A DNA stretch of 64,000 nucleotides from Planctomycetota bacterium (GTDB lineage Bacteria > Planctomycetota > PLA2 > JAEUHO01), in the NCBI GenBank assembly GCA_965222115.1, contig CBDCTJ010000007.1, positions 32,001-96,000 on the forward strand. The letters run 5' to 3'. Below, piece after piece: positions 53,566-62,540 of this stretch; positions within the stretch are counted from its first letter, which is position 1, and every line of letters begins with the position of its first letter. The notes below the pieces were generated by a model that had not been told where the DNA came from, did no database searches, and worked only from the letters and a program-made list of their open reading frames with translations. The position numbers and the translations under genes are program-made.

Positions 53566-55097
53566 GCTGAGGTCCCTCCACTGCCCACCCGGAACCCCTG
53601 CGTGGATTCCCAAACCGGGGGTGTGGATGCTGCACCCCGGGTCGAGCGCCGTGCGCTCCCAGTGGTCACCGATCGTCCGGGCAAAAGCTCTTGTGCAACG
53701 GCCGCCAACAACACGATCTCCGTAGGATCGCCCAGCGCGGTGAGCGCCTCGACGTGCGTATCCACCGTGTCAATGTGCATCTCGGCTTGGTGAAATATCG
53801 ACTGCGATAGGAGTGTTCGCAGGAAGACGACATTGTGCCGCACGCCGACAATCGCCGTTTCCCGCAGCGCCAAGTCCAATCGCGCTATCGCCTCTTCACG
53901 CGTTTCTCCGTGGGCGATGACCTTGGCGAGCATCGGATCGTAGTGCGGCGATACCGAGAGACCGGTCGCGATGGCGCTGTCCACGCGTATACCGGGACCC
54001 GAGGGATGTTCGACCAACAAAAGTTCACCCACGCTAGGCAAGAATCCCTGACTCGGATCCTCGGCGTAGACGCGTGCCTCGATGGCGTGGCCGCGCGGCG
54101 TAAACGTTTCCTGCGCTGGTAGGGCCACGCCGGCGGCAATGCGCAACTGCCACGCAACAATGTCTACGCCGTAACACATCTCCGTGACCGGATGCTCCAC
54201 TTGCAGGCGGCGGTTAAGTTCCATGAACCAAAACGCGCCGTCGGGCGCCATCAAGAACTCAACGGTGCCCGCCCCGCGGTACTGAATCGCGCGCGCGGCA
54301 TTGGCGCCGGCTTCATGCAACTTGCGCCGCGTTGCTTCCGAGATCTCCGGTGCTGGACACTCCTCTATCACCTTTTGGTGGCGACGCTGCAGCGAGCAGT
54401 CACGTTCGCCGAGCACCACCACCGCGCCGTGGTTGTCGCAGAGAACTTGCACTTCGACGTGGCGCGCCGGCTGAATGACGCGCTCCAAATACATGCCCGC
54501 GTTACCAAACGCGCCCGCCGCCTCGCGTCGCGCCGACGCCGACGCCTCCACAAGGTCGTCCTCGTGCAACACGAGCCGCATGCCTTTGCCACCGCCGCCC
54601 GCAACCGCTTTGACGAGCAGCGGGTAGCCGGTTTCGGCGGCGGCCTCACGAAGTCGGTCGGGATGATCTTCGACAAGGTCAAGCGGACCGGGAATGGTTG
54701 GCACGCCACCGGCAGCCATCCGTCGCTTCACAACGAGTTTGTCACCCGAGCCCTCAAGCACGTCGGCAGGTGGGCCCACAAAGGTCACGCCGGCCGCCGC
54801 ACACCGCGTGGCCAACATCGGGTTCTCAGAAAGAAAGCCGTAGCCGGGGTGCAAAGCATCGGCGCCCGTCTCTTCGCAGGCTTCCATCAATCGATCGACA
54901 TTGAGATAGGACGCCGTGGCTTCGGCGGGTCCCAACAAAACGGACTCATCGGCTTCAAGGACGTGCAGCGCGTCGCGGTCGGCTTCGCTGCACACCGCAA
55001 CGGTCTGAATGCCAAGGGCGCGACACGTCTTAATGATCCGGCGCGCGATTTCACCTCGATTGGCGATGAGAACTTTCTGGAAGAGCGGCGCGGTCAT
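53562..55097 (-). CDS. liuD: Biotin carboxylase (3-methylcrotonyl-CoA carboxylase alpha-like)
   Basis: ANRGEIA, HPGYGFLSEN, GGGGKGMR, RDCSLQRRHQK, RLQVEHPVTE, YDPMLAK. Confidence 0.9.
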   Translation of the reverse strand: MTAPLFQKVLIANRGEIARRIIKTCRALGIQTVAVCSEADRDALHVLEADESVLLGPAEATASYLNVDRLMEACEETGADALHPGYGFLSENPMLATRCAAAGVTFVGPPADVLEGSGDKLVVKRRMAAGGVPTIPGPLDLVEDHPDRLREAAAETGYPLLVKAVAGGGGKGMRLVLHEDDLVEASASARREAAGAFGNAGMYLERVIQPARHVEVQVLCDNHGAVVVLGERDCSLQRRHQKVIEECPAPEISEATRRKLHEAGANAARAIQYRGAGTVEFLMAPDGAFWFMELNRRLQVEHPVTEMCYGVDIVAWQLRIAAGVALPAQETFTPRGHAIEARVYAEDPSQGFLPSVGELLLVEHPSGPGIRVDSAIATGLSVSPHYDPMLAKVIAHGETREEAIARLDLALRETAIVGVRHNVVFLRTLLSQSIFHQAEMHIDTVDTHVEALTALGDPTEIVLLAAVAQELLPGRSVTTGSARRSTRGAASTPPVWESTQGFRVGSGGTSA

Positions 55098-55903
55098 GAG
55101 CTCGCCTCCGATTCCTTCGGTGTGGCCCACGGCGGTGGCGTCTTGGCTAAGAACGCAGCCGTCCCTGCTCGCCCATCGTCACTGCCACGCGCATCGACGA
55201 TTCCGTCACAGGCAATGCGACCGCGTTGATCGGGAATCGCATCCACTATATCGAGAACGAGCTTCTTTGCGGCGCGCACGGCTTGGGGGGACCCGCGAGC
55301 AATGCGGGAAACAACGCGTGCGACGGCCGACAACAGTTCTTCCGGCGCCACCACAATGTGAACCAAGCCAAGTGCGGCCGCGCGTTCAGCGCCGAAGCGT
55401 TCACCGGTAACGAACAAGTGCCGCGCGTGACTTGCACCGATTTTCGCAATCACGTAAGGACTGATGACACCGGGAACCAGACCCAATCGAACTTCTGGAA
55501 AACCGATCTTTGCTTCAGTGGACGCTACGACGATATCGGCCACGGCCACAAGGCCCGCACCGCCGCCAAGCGCGGGACCCTGTACACGCGCCACCACCGG
55601 ATGGGGACAACGATTGATCGCATCAAAGGCGCGTTGAAACGCCTCTGCATCGGCCAAGTTTTCTTCGCGCGAGTAGGCCGCCACGCGCTTCATCCAGCCA
55701 ATGTCGCCACCGGCACAAAATGAGGATCCCTTGCCCGCGAGGACCACGGCACGAAGCGTGAGGTCGGCTGCGAGTTCCGCAAACACGTCGCATAGACGCG
55801 TGGCAAGCACGTCGTCAAACGCATTGCGCTTGTCGGGGCGGTTGAGCCAAACGGTCGCTACATCGCCGTCGCGCTCCACCAGCACATCGTTGGCACGACT
55901 CAT
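55094..55903 (-). CDS. liuC: Enoyl-CoA hydratase (methylglutaconyl-CoA hydratase-like)
   Basis: LNRPDKRNAF, FCAGGDIGWM, ALGGGAGL, PEVRLGLVPGVISPYV. Confidence 0.85.
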   Translation of the reverse strand: MSRANDVLVERDGDVATVWLNRPDKRNAFDDVLATRLCDVFAELAADLTLRAVVLAGKGSSFCAGGDIGWMKRVAAYSREENLADAEAFQRAFDAINRCPHPVVARVQGPALGGGAGLVAVADIVVASTEAKIGFPEVRLGLVPGVISPYVIAKIGASHARHLFVTGERFGAERAAALGLVHIVVAPEELLSAVARVVSRIARGSPQAVRAAKKLVLDIVDAIPDQRGRIACDGIVDARGSDDGRAGTAAFLAKTPPPWATPKESEASS

Positions 55904-55905
55904 GG

Positions 55906-57516
55906 CTACATCCGATACACCGGCGCGCGGGCCGGCGGCAGCGGGGCATTGAGCGTGGCGGCCAATGCGAGACCTAGCACATCTCGCGTTTCGCCGGGCT
56001 CAATCACGCCGTCGTCCCATATGCGCGCACTGCCATAGATTGGATGGCCTTCGCGTTCGTACTTCTCAAGAATGGGCGCTGTGAGCTCGTGTTCCTCATC
56101 GGCGGTGAGTGGTTGTTCGTTCTCGTACTCCCGCTGCATGCGCTTCACGGTGAGCAAGACCTCGGCAGCCTGACGTCCACCCATGACGCTGATGCGCGCG
56201 TTGGGCCACGTAAACAGAAAGCGCGCGTCGTAAGCACGGCCGCACATGCCGTAGTTGCCGGCACCAAAGGACGCGCCGATCACAACCGTAATCTTGGGCA
56301 CAGGCACGGTGGCCACCGCTTGCACCATTTTCGCACCGTCGCGGGCAATGCCGGCACGCTCGGCCTCACTACCCACCATAAACCCCGTAACGTTTTGCAG
56401 AAACACGAGGGGCACACCGCGCTGACCACACAGTTGAACGAAGTGGGCACCTTTTTGCGCACTCGTACTAAACAACACGCCGTTGTTGGCCACAATGCCA
56501 ACCAACATGCCGTGAATGCGGGCAAAACCTGTCACCAAGGTGGTGCCATACCGCTTCTTAAACTCTTGGAAACGGCTGCCATCCACAAGACGCGCAATCA
56601 CTTCACGCACGTCAAAGGGCTTGCTTACGTCCTTGGGCACAATGTCGAGTAGTTCGGACGGATCGAATAGGGGTAGTTCGGGGTCCGCGATGTCAGTAGG
56701 ACGAAGTGGGTCGCGATTCAACGTACTGAGAATCGAGCGTGCTTGGCGCAACGCATCGTGATCGTCTTTGGCGTAGTGATCGGCCACACCGCTTATGCGC
56801 GTGTGGACATCGGCACCGCCCAAATCTTCGGCCGACACATCTTCGCCCGTTGCGGCCTTCACCAGTGGTGGACCGGCCAAAAAGATGGTCCCGGTTCCCT
56901 TCACAATGACGGCTTCGTCACTCATGGCAGGCACGTAGGCACCGCCCGCCGTACAACTGCCCATCACGACGGCGATCTGCGGCACCTTCGCTGCCGACAG
57001 CACGGCTTGGTTTCGAAAGATGCGCCCAAAGTGGTACTTGTCGGGAAACACGTCGGCTTGAAGCGGCAAGAATGCACCGCCAGAATCCACGAGGTAGACC
57101 GTGGGCAAGCGATTCTCAATAGCGATCTCTTGCGCGCGGACGTGTTTCTTCACGGTCAACGGGAAATAGGTACCGCCCTTTACGGTGGCGTCGTTGGCAA
57201 CCACCATGACGGCGCGACCGTGTACGAGACCAATGCCGGTAATGACACCCGCTGCAGGGACGCGCGCGTCGTACACGTCGTGTGCGGCGAGGGGCGAGAG
57301 TTCCAAAAAGGGGCTGCCGGGATCCAGGAGCAGGTCGATACGGTCACGCACGAAGAGCTTGCCGCGCTTCGTGTGTTTCGCGCGAGCACGCTCGCTGCCA
57401 CCCGTGCGAATATCGGCCAGGCGAGCCCGAAGCTCACCGATGGCGGCCTGATGAAAGGATCGGCGCGCCGATTCGCCGGCGGGAGGCGCTACGTAGTCGC
57501 TCGACAGTGCCTCCAA
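55906..57516 (-). CDS. liuB: 3-methylcrotonyl-CoA carboxylase beta (carboxyltransferase) subunit
   Basis: [47 protein letters not shown]; GGAG before TTG 57516 (track start 57579). Confidence 0.92.
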   Translation of the reverse strand: MEALSSDYVAPPAGESARRSFHQAAIGELRARLADIRTGGSERARAKHTKRGKLFVRDRIDLLLDPGSPFLELSPLAAHDVYDARVPAAGVITGIGLVHGRAVMVVANDATVKGGTYFPLTVKKHVRAQEIAIENRLPTVYLVDSGGAFLPLQADVFPDKYHFGRIFRNQAVLSAAKVPQIAVVMGSCTAGGAYVPAMSDEAVIVKGTGTIFLAGPPLVKAATGEDVSAEDLGGADVHTRISGVADHYAKDDHDALRQARSILSTLNRDPLRPTDIADPELPLFDPSELLDIVPKDVSKPFDVREVIARLVDGSRFQEFKKRYGTTLVTGFARIHGMLVGIVANNGVLFSTSAQKGAHFVQLCGQRGVPLVFLQNVTGFMVGSEAERAGIARDGAKMVQAVATVPVPKITVVIGASFGAGNYGMCGRAYDARFLFTWPNARISVMGGRQAAEVLLTVKRMQREYENEQPLTADEEHELTAPILEKYEREGHPIYGSARIWDDGVIEPGETRDVLGLALAATLNAPLPPARAPVYRM

Positions 57517-57656
57517 GGGCCGTCTCCAAAAAATGTTTCGCGGACCCCGATGGGGCACTGCGGATGGGACGCGGCTCATGGTAACCAGGGGGCGAGTTCC
57601 ACGCGTGAAACGTGACGACCCCCATCGGCATCACGCCAAGTGAAAGTGCCTCCCGC

Positions 57657-58421
57657 ATGACCACCGAAGAGCCATTTGAAACTCCGAAAGGCGCCGTCGC
57701 CGTCGTGTTAGGTGGCGGTGGTGGTGTAGGCGGCGCTGTAGCGCGCGCGCTCCACGCACGTGGCGTGACACCGGTGCTTGTGGGCCGCACCGAGGATCGA
57801 TTGGCCGTGGCTGCACGAACGGTCGAAGGCGGGCTCCCCTTTCACGTGGCCGACATCACAAGTCGGCGAGACATGCGCGACGTAATTCGGACAGTTACCG
57901 ATACATCGGGACCTCCACTCCTATTGATCAATGCGGCGGGCACCGCGCGCTCGTCCCCGTTGCTGCCTCCCGACGACGATCTATGGCATATGACGCTTGC
58001 GGTAAACGTGACCGGTCCGTGGCATGCGGCTACGGAGTGTTTGCCGCACATGAAAGAAGCTGACTGGGGCTTTATCTGCAACGTCGCTTCCACTGCGGGG
58101 CTGGAGGGATATCGCTACACGGCGGCCTATGTGGCGAGCAAACATGCACTCGTTGGTTTGACGCGCGCCATGGCCGCGGATCTTGAGCGCACCAACATTC
58201 GCGTGACCGCCATCTGCCCAGGCTTTCTCGATACCGCCATGACCGATCGCACGGTCGCGCACATGATGCAGAAGACCGGGATGACCGAGGTCGAAGCACG
58301 AACTTCGCTTTCCGAGATGAATGCATCCAAGCGATTGATTCATCCTGAAGAAGTTGCCGCCGCCGTATTGCAACTTTTGGAACCGGGCGGGCGCAATGGC
58401 GCTGTTGTACGGATTGAGTAG
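57657..58421 (+). CDS. Short-chain dehydrogenase/reductase
   Basis: GGGGGVG, INAAG, NVAS, YVASK and CPGFLDT motifs. Confidence 0.9.
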   Translation: MTTEEPFETPKGAVAVVLGGGGGVGGAVARALHARGVTPVLVGRTEDRLAVAARTVEGGLPFHVADITSRRDMRDVIRTVTDTSGPPLLLINAAGTARSSPLLPPDDDLWHMTLAVNVTGPWHAATECLPHMKEADWGFICNVASTAGLEGYRYTAAYVASKHALVGLTRAMAADLERTNIRVTAICPGFLDTAMTDRTVAHMMQKTGMTEVEARTSLSEMNASKRLIHPEEVAAAVLQLLEPGGRNGAVVRIE

Positions 58422-58490
58422 TCAACGCGGCGACAGGGACGCTTCGCAGCCGTACACTTACGCGGCACTGAATGCGCGCGTGGAGACCCC

Positions 58491-59285
58491 ATGAGTGAAC
58501 GACCCTTTGGCTACGACGTAGAGGGCCACGTCGCCGTTCTCACGTTGCGACGCCCCGAGCGCATGAACGCGCTTACGTTCGAGGTTTACCGCACGCTGGC
58601 CGACACGCTCTATCAGCTTCGCAGCGAGGAATCCATCCGCGCTGTGGTGATCGCAGGCGAAGGCAAGGGCTTTTGCGGCGGTGGCGACGTCGATGAGATC
58701 ATTGGTGAACTCTTTCAGCAGGATTCGCACGACGTCCTCAAGTTCACACGCATGACCGGCGAGTTGATCGAAAACATTCGTCGCCTGGATCGTCCAGTCG
58801 TTGCTGCAGTTCACGGGACCGCCGCAGGCGCTGGCGCGGTCATCGCGCTGGCGTGTGACTTACGCGTCATGGCGGATACTGCCAAGATTCATTTTTTGTT
58901 TTGCAAAGTTGGTCTTACAGGCGCCGACATGGGCGCTGCATGGCTCTTGCCGCGCGTGGTGGGCCTTGGGAAGGCAAGCGAGTGGCTCTTGCTCGGCGAC
59001 GGCGTGGATGCCGAAGAGGCCATACAGAGTGGACTCGCCACGCGGGTTACCTCGCGTGAAAACGTGCTCGACGAAGCAAAGGCGCTTGCCAAACGCTTGG
59101 CAGACGGTCCCACCATGGCCCACGCCATGACCAAACGGCTTCTCAACTCGGAAGCAAGCATGGACCTTAGCGCGGGCATAGAAATGGAAGCCGTGGCGCA
59201 GGCCTTGCTACTGCGCGCCAAGGATCACAAGAACTTCTACGACGCATACAAGCAAAAGCAGCAGCCCACTTTTGAAGGGCGTTAG
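58491..59285 (+). CDS. Enoyl-CoA hydratase/isomerase family protein
   Basis: RPERMNALTFEVY, FCGGGDVDEIIG, AAGAGAVIALACD, LF.KVGLTGADMGA.WLLPR. Confidence 0.9.
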   Translation: MSERPFGYDVEGHVAVLTLRRPERMNALTFEVYRTLADTLYQLRSEESIRAVVIAGEGKGFCGGGDVDEIIGELFQQDSHDVLKFTRMTGELIENIRRLDRPVVAAVHGTAAGAGAVIALACDLRVMADTAKIHFLFCKVGLTGADMGAAWLLPRVVGLGKASEWLLLGDGVDAEEAIQSGLATRVTSRENVLDEAKALAKRLADGPTMAHAMTKRLLNSEASMDLSAGIEMEAVAQALLLRAKDHKNFYDAYKQKQQPTFEGR

Positions 59286-59288
59286 CCC

Positions 59289-60485
59289 ATGAATGACTCG
59301 CGCCTCGAAACGTACGCACGTCGCTACAACATCGCAAAGGACGATGCAACGTGGCAACAAACGGCTGCGACGTTTGCGCGTGATGTGTTGGGCGACCGCG
59401 TGCGCGCGGCCGACCGTGAGGGCTCGTTTCCACGTGATTGGATCCCAACACTCGGTTCCCTCGGCCTGATAGGCGCGTCACTCGTCAAGGAACGGGGTGG
59501 CGGCGGGGCCTCGCCGCTTGCCGATTGTTTGATCGCGGAAGAGATAGGCGCTGTATGTGGAAGCGTGCGCGGGTTTTTGGCCGTTCAAGGAGGCTTAGTC
59601 ATTGAGCCCATCGCCCACGACGCACCCGATGCCGTAAGGCAGCGCTGGTTGTCACCACTCATTGAGGGCAAGGCGATTGGCGCCTTCGCATTGACCGAGG
59701 CCGAGGCGGGTAGTGACGTTGGCGCAATTCGAACCCGTGCAACACGCGATGGGGATACGGTCCTATTGAACGGCGAGAAGATTTGGATCACCAACGGGGG
59801 CATCGCCGACGTGATGCTGGTGTTTGCAACGGTGGAGCCGAAGCGCCGAACCAAGGGCCTTGAATGTTACGCCGTTCCTGCCGACACACCCGGCATCACC
59901 CGCGCACCCGTTGACGGCCGAGAACTCGGTCATCGCGCTTCCGACCACGCGCGCATTCGCTTTGACGATGTACGCGTGCCCTTGGCCAACCGCGTGGGTC
60001 CGTCACGAGGCGGCTTCGAAGTTGCCATGCGCGGCCTTCGCAAGGGTCGCCTAAACGTGGCGGCGGGTGCCGTGGGCATTCAGCGCGCCTGTCTTGACCA
60101 CGCATTGGCGCACGCACGTACTCGGCGTCAGTTTGGCAAGCGGCTTGGTGATTTTCAGCAAGTGGGCGCCGCGCTGGCCGACATGCACGTGGCCTTGGAG
60201 GCGAGCCGCCAGTTGGTTCACCACGCAGCGTCCTTGCGCGCACGGGGCGAGAACGATGCGGCCGCGGTAAGCAGTGCCAAGTTATTCGCCACGGAAGCTG
60301 CCGTGAAAGCCGCCACCACGTCGTTACAACTTCACGGCAATCGCGGCTACACGGATGCTCTGCCCATCGAGCGGCACTACCGCGACGCCATTGCCCTCAC
60401 GATTTACGAAGGGTCGAGTCATATCCAACGCGTCATCCTCGCCCGGACACTGTTGGGACGCGACAAGCCGCCTTCGAAGCACTAG
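59289..60485 (+). CDS. Acyl-CoA dehydrogenase
   Basis: FALTEAEAGSD, LNGEKIWITNG, RRQFGK, QLHG..GY, YRDA...IYEGSS.IQ. Confidence 0.92.
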   Translation: MNDSRLETYARRYNIAKDDATWQQTAATFARDVLGDRVRAADREGSFPRDWIPTLGSLGLIGASLVKERGGGGASPLADCLIAEEIGAVCGSVRGFLAVQGGLVIEPIAHDAPDAVRQRWLSPLIEGKAIGAFALTEAEAGSDVGAIRTRATRDGDTVLLNGEKIWITNGGIADVMLVFATVEPKRRTKGLECYAVPADTPGITRAPVDGRELGHRASDHARIRFDDVRVPLANRVGPSRGGFEVAMRGLRKGRLNVAAGAVGIQRACLDHALAHARTRRQFGKRLGDFQQVGAALADMHVALEASRQLVHHAASLRARGENDAAAVSSAKLFATEAAVKAATTSLQLHGNRGYTDALPIERHYRDAIALTIYEGSSHIQRVILARTLLGRDKPPSKH

Positions 60486-60505
60486 CACGTAGAAAGTTGA
60501 ACGTT

Positions 60506-60955
60506 ATGCCGGAAGACTCGAAATCAGGCGCACAAGGCAGCGACAGCACGCCATGGCGCGTCGTCAATCCACCGTCACTCGCCGACCCAATCGGGTACGC
60601 ACACGCGATTGCGTCACGCGGCGGCACACGCATTGCGCTCGCGGGACAGACGGCCATGAACAAGGCGGGCGCCATTCAACATCGCGGCGACTTGCCCGCG
60701 CAATGCGGACTGTGTTTCGATCACTTGTTGGCGGTGTTGCACGAAGCCGGTGGGCATCCCCACCATCTCGTTCGGATGCGAATGTTCGTTCTGGACGCCG
60801 ACGACTACGCATCCAACGCGAAAGTGATCGGCGCGGCATACCGCAAGCGATTCGGCAAGTGGTTTCCGGCCATGACGTTGGTACAGGTGGCACGGCTGTA
60901 CGACCCGCATGCCCTGATCGAAATCGAGGCCGAGGCAGTCATCCCAGATCAATAG
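60506..60955 (+). CDS. RidA/YjgF family protein
   Basis: NPPSLA.P.GYAH, AGQ, FPAMTLVQV..L....LIEIEA. Confidence 0.9.
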   Translation: MPEDSKSGAQGSDSTPWRVVNPPSLADPIGYAHAIASRGGTRIALAGQTAMNKAGAIQHRGDLPAQCGLCFDHLLAVLHEAGGHPHHLVRMRMFVLDADDYASNAKVIGAAYRKRFGKWFPAMTLVQVARLYDPHALIEIEAEAVIPDQ

Positions 60956-61014
60956 CAGATCACGGGCACCGATTTCGTGGCGCGGGGTGTGGCCCGAGCG
61001 TTACAACGTCGCGC

Positions 61015-61836
61015 GTGAAACTCTCGCTGGTTTTCTATTTCCTGCTCCTGCGCACCGCCGTGGGCACCATCATTTCCTTGCTCCCGCTGATGCGCATGCG
61101 CGCGGCGGAACGACATATTCGTTTCAATTGCGTTTTGGGCCTCGTCTTGGCGGGAGGCGCCGCCGCACTCCACAATTCTGCCGTCGGAAACGAACCGCCC
61201 GAAGGCTGGCCTCGGGGCATCGACGCATTCCTTTCGCTCAAGGGCTCAATGCCCTTGACCGTGGTTCTTTTTTGCATCGGCTGCTTGATCGCCAATGGGC
61301 TCTTCGGCACGTTTCGACGACGGGGTGGTCGCACCCTCTTGATTGCCACGTCCATCGCGGGTGTTGCGGCAACGTTGGGGACCGCACGGTTTAGCCCCTA
61401 TGCCGGTGACCCAGGCGCCCTGACCGTCCTCACGCTCAATGGGCTGCTTGGCGGCCTGTTTATGGGCGCGATCCTCAACGCCATGACGCTGGGGCATTTC
61501 TATCTCATGATTCGCGGCTTGCCGTTGGCCGCACTCAAAAAAGCGGGCTGGTTCGTTGCCGGCGCACTCGTACTTCGCATGCTGCTGTTCGGCTTGGTGT
61601 TGCTGTTCTGGGAAGGCGCCTCCGAGTTGTTGCTTGAGCGTGAGCTCGTGTGGACGGCATGGCGTATTGCCTTCGGATTCATCGGGCCCCTAACGCTGTT
61701 GTGGATGGTGAGCGATACGGTACGACTCAAACACACACAGGCCGCAACCGGTCTGCTCTATGTTGCCGTGGGCTTCGCGCTCATGGGTGAACTGGCCGCG
61801 ATGTATCTCGAAGTTCACACGGGGCTTCCGGTATGA
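61015..61836 (+). CDS. Uncharacterised integral membrane protein ('M.LGH[WF]YL...TQ.ATG.LY' type)
   Basis: About eight TM helices; AMTLGHFYL and HTQAATGLLYV; start GTG 61015 (the track ORF is over-extended). Confidence 0.75.
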   Translation: MKLSLVFYFLLLRTAVGTIISLLPLMRMRAAERHIRFNCVLGLVLAGGAAALHNSAVGNEPPEGWPRGIDAFLSLKGSMPLTVVLFCIGCLIANGLFGTFRRRGGRTLLIATSIAGVAATLGTARFSPYAGDPGALTVLTLNGLLGGLFMGAILNAMTLGHFYLMIRGLPLAALKKAGWFVAGALVLRMLLFGLVLLFWEGASELLLERELVWTAWRIAFGFIGPLTLLWMVSDTVRLKHTQAATGLLYVAVGFALMGELAAMYLEVHTGLPV

Positions 61837-62351
61837 CGAAGCAAACGCCTTCGCCCACCGTCGAAGTTGCATGCGCCTGCAAGGACTGTGGCAGTCCGGT
61901 CGAGGGGCCCCTGCGCACCGCAGGACTCCGTTGTTCGTTGTGTTCGTTTCATACCGCGCTACCGGAGGCAGACGAAGCGCGTTCTGCGGTACCCTTCCAA
62001 CCGTGTTGCGTCTGTGGTTCAGACGATCTCTATGTGCAACGTGACTTCAATCGCACGCTCGGTCTCACGTTGGCGGCTATCGGCCTGCTGTTAGGACCCT
62101 GGACACAATGGATCAGCACGATTGTTGCCATTGGTTTGGACGCGCTCCTGTTTCTGCTCGTGCCTTCCGTGGTGGTCTGCTACGCGTGCAACGCGCAGTA
62201 TCGCGGCGTTCCCAAGGCGCAACATCCCGAGCCGTTTGAGATTGCGTTACACGACGTCTACAAGTTCAATCGACGGCATCCGCCGCGGCGTGAGTACGCG
62301 GTGGCAGGGCCCTTACAAAAACGCCTACAAAGCGAGAACACTGAGCGTTAG
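61833..62351 (+). CDS. Multi-CxxC (zinc-ribbon) membrane protein
   Basis: CKDC, CSLC, CCVC, LYVQRDFNR, two TM helices, CYAC; ATGA overlap. Confidence 0.75.
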   Translation: MTKQTPSPTVEVACACKDCGSPVEGPLRTAGLRCSLCSFHTALPEADEARSAVPFQPCCVCGSDDLYVQRDFNRTLGLTLAAIGLLLGPWTQWISTIVAIGLDALLFLLVPSVVVCYACNAQYRGVPKAQHPEPFEIALHDVYKFNRRHPPRREYAVAGPLQKRLQSENTER

Positions 62352-62540
62352 CAGGACGGCATACGAACACGACGCGTACAGGCGACCGCATCGGCCACCC
62401 AGTACGCCAATTCACAGGCGAGACCAACAGGTTCGGTCGATAGAAGGGGAGAGTGGTCGTCGTCTATCGCGCGACGACGTTTCGAAATTTCGACACGGCG
62501 CCCCGTATCGAGGCCGCGACGATACGATTGACCAGAGTTC

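Noticed and set aside
47585-60955. Possible secondary-metabolite biosynthetic cluster
   Set aside because: No PKS, NRPS, ACP or RiPP core; the enzyme set is catabolic acyl-CoA type.
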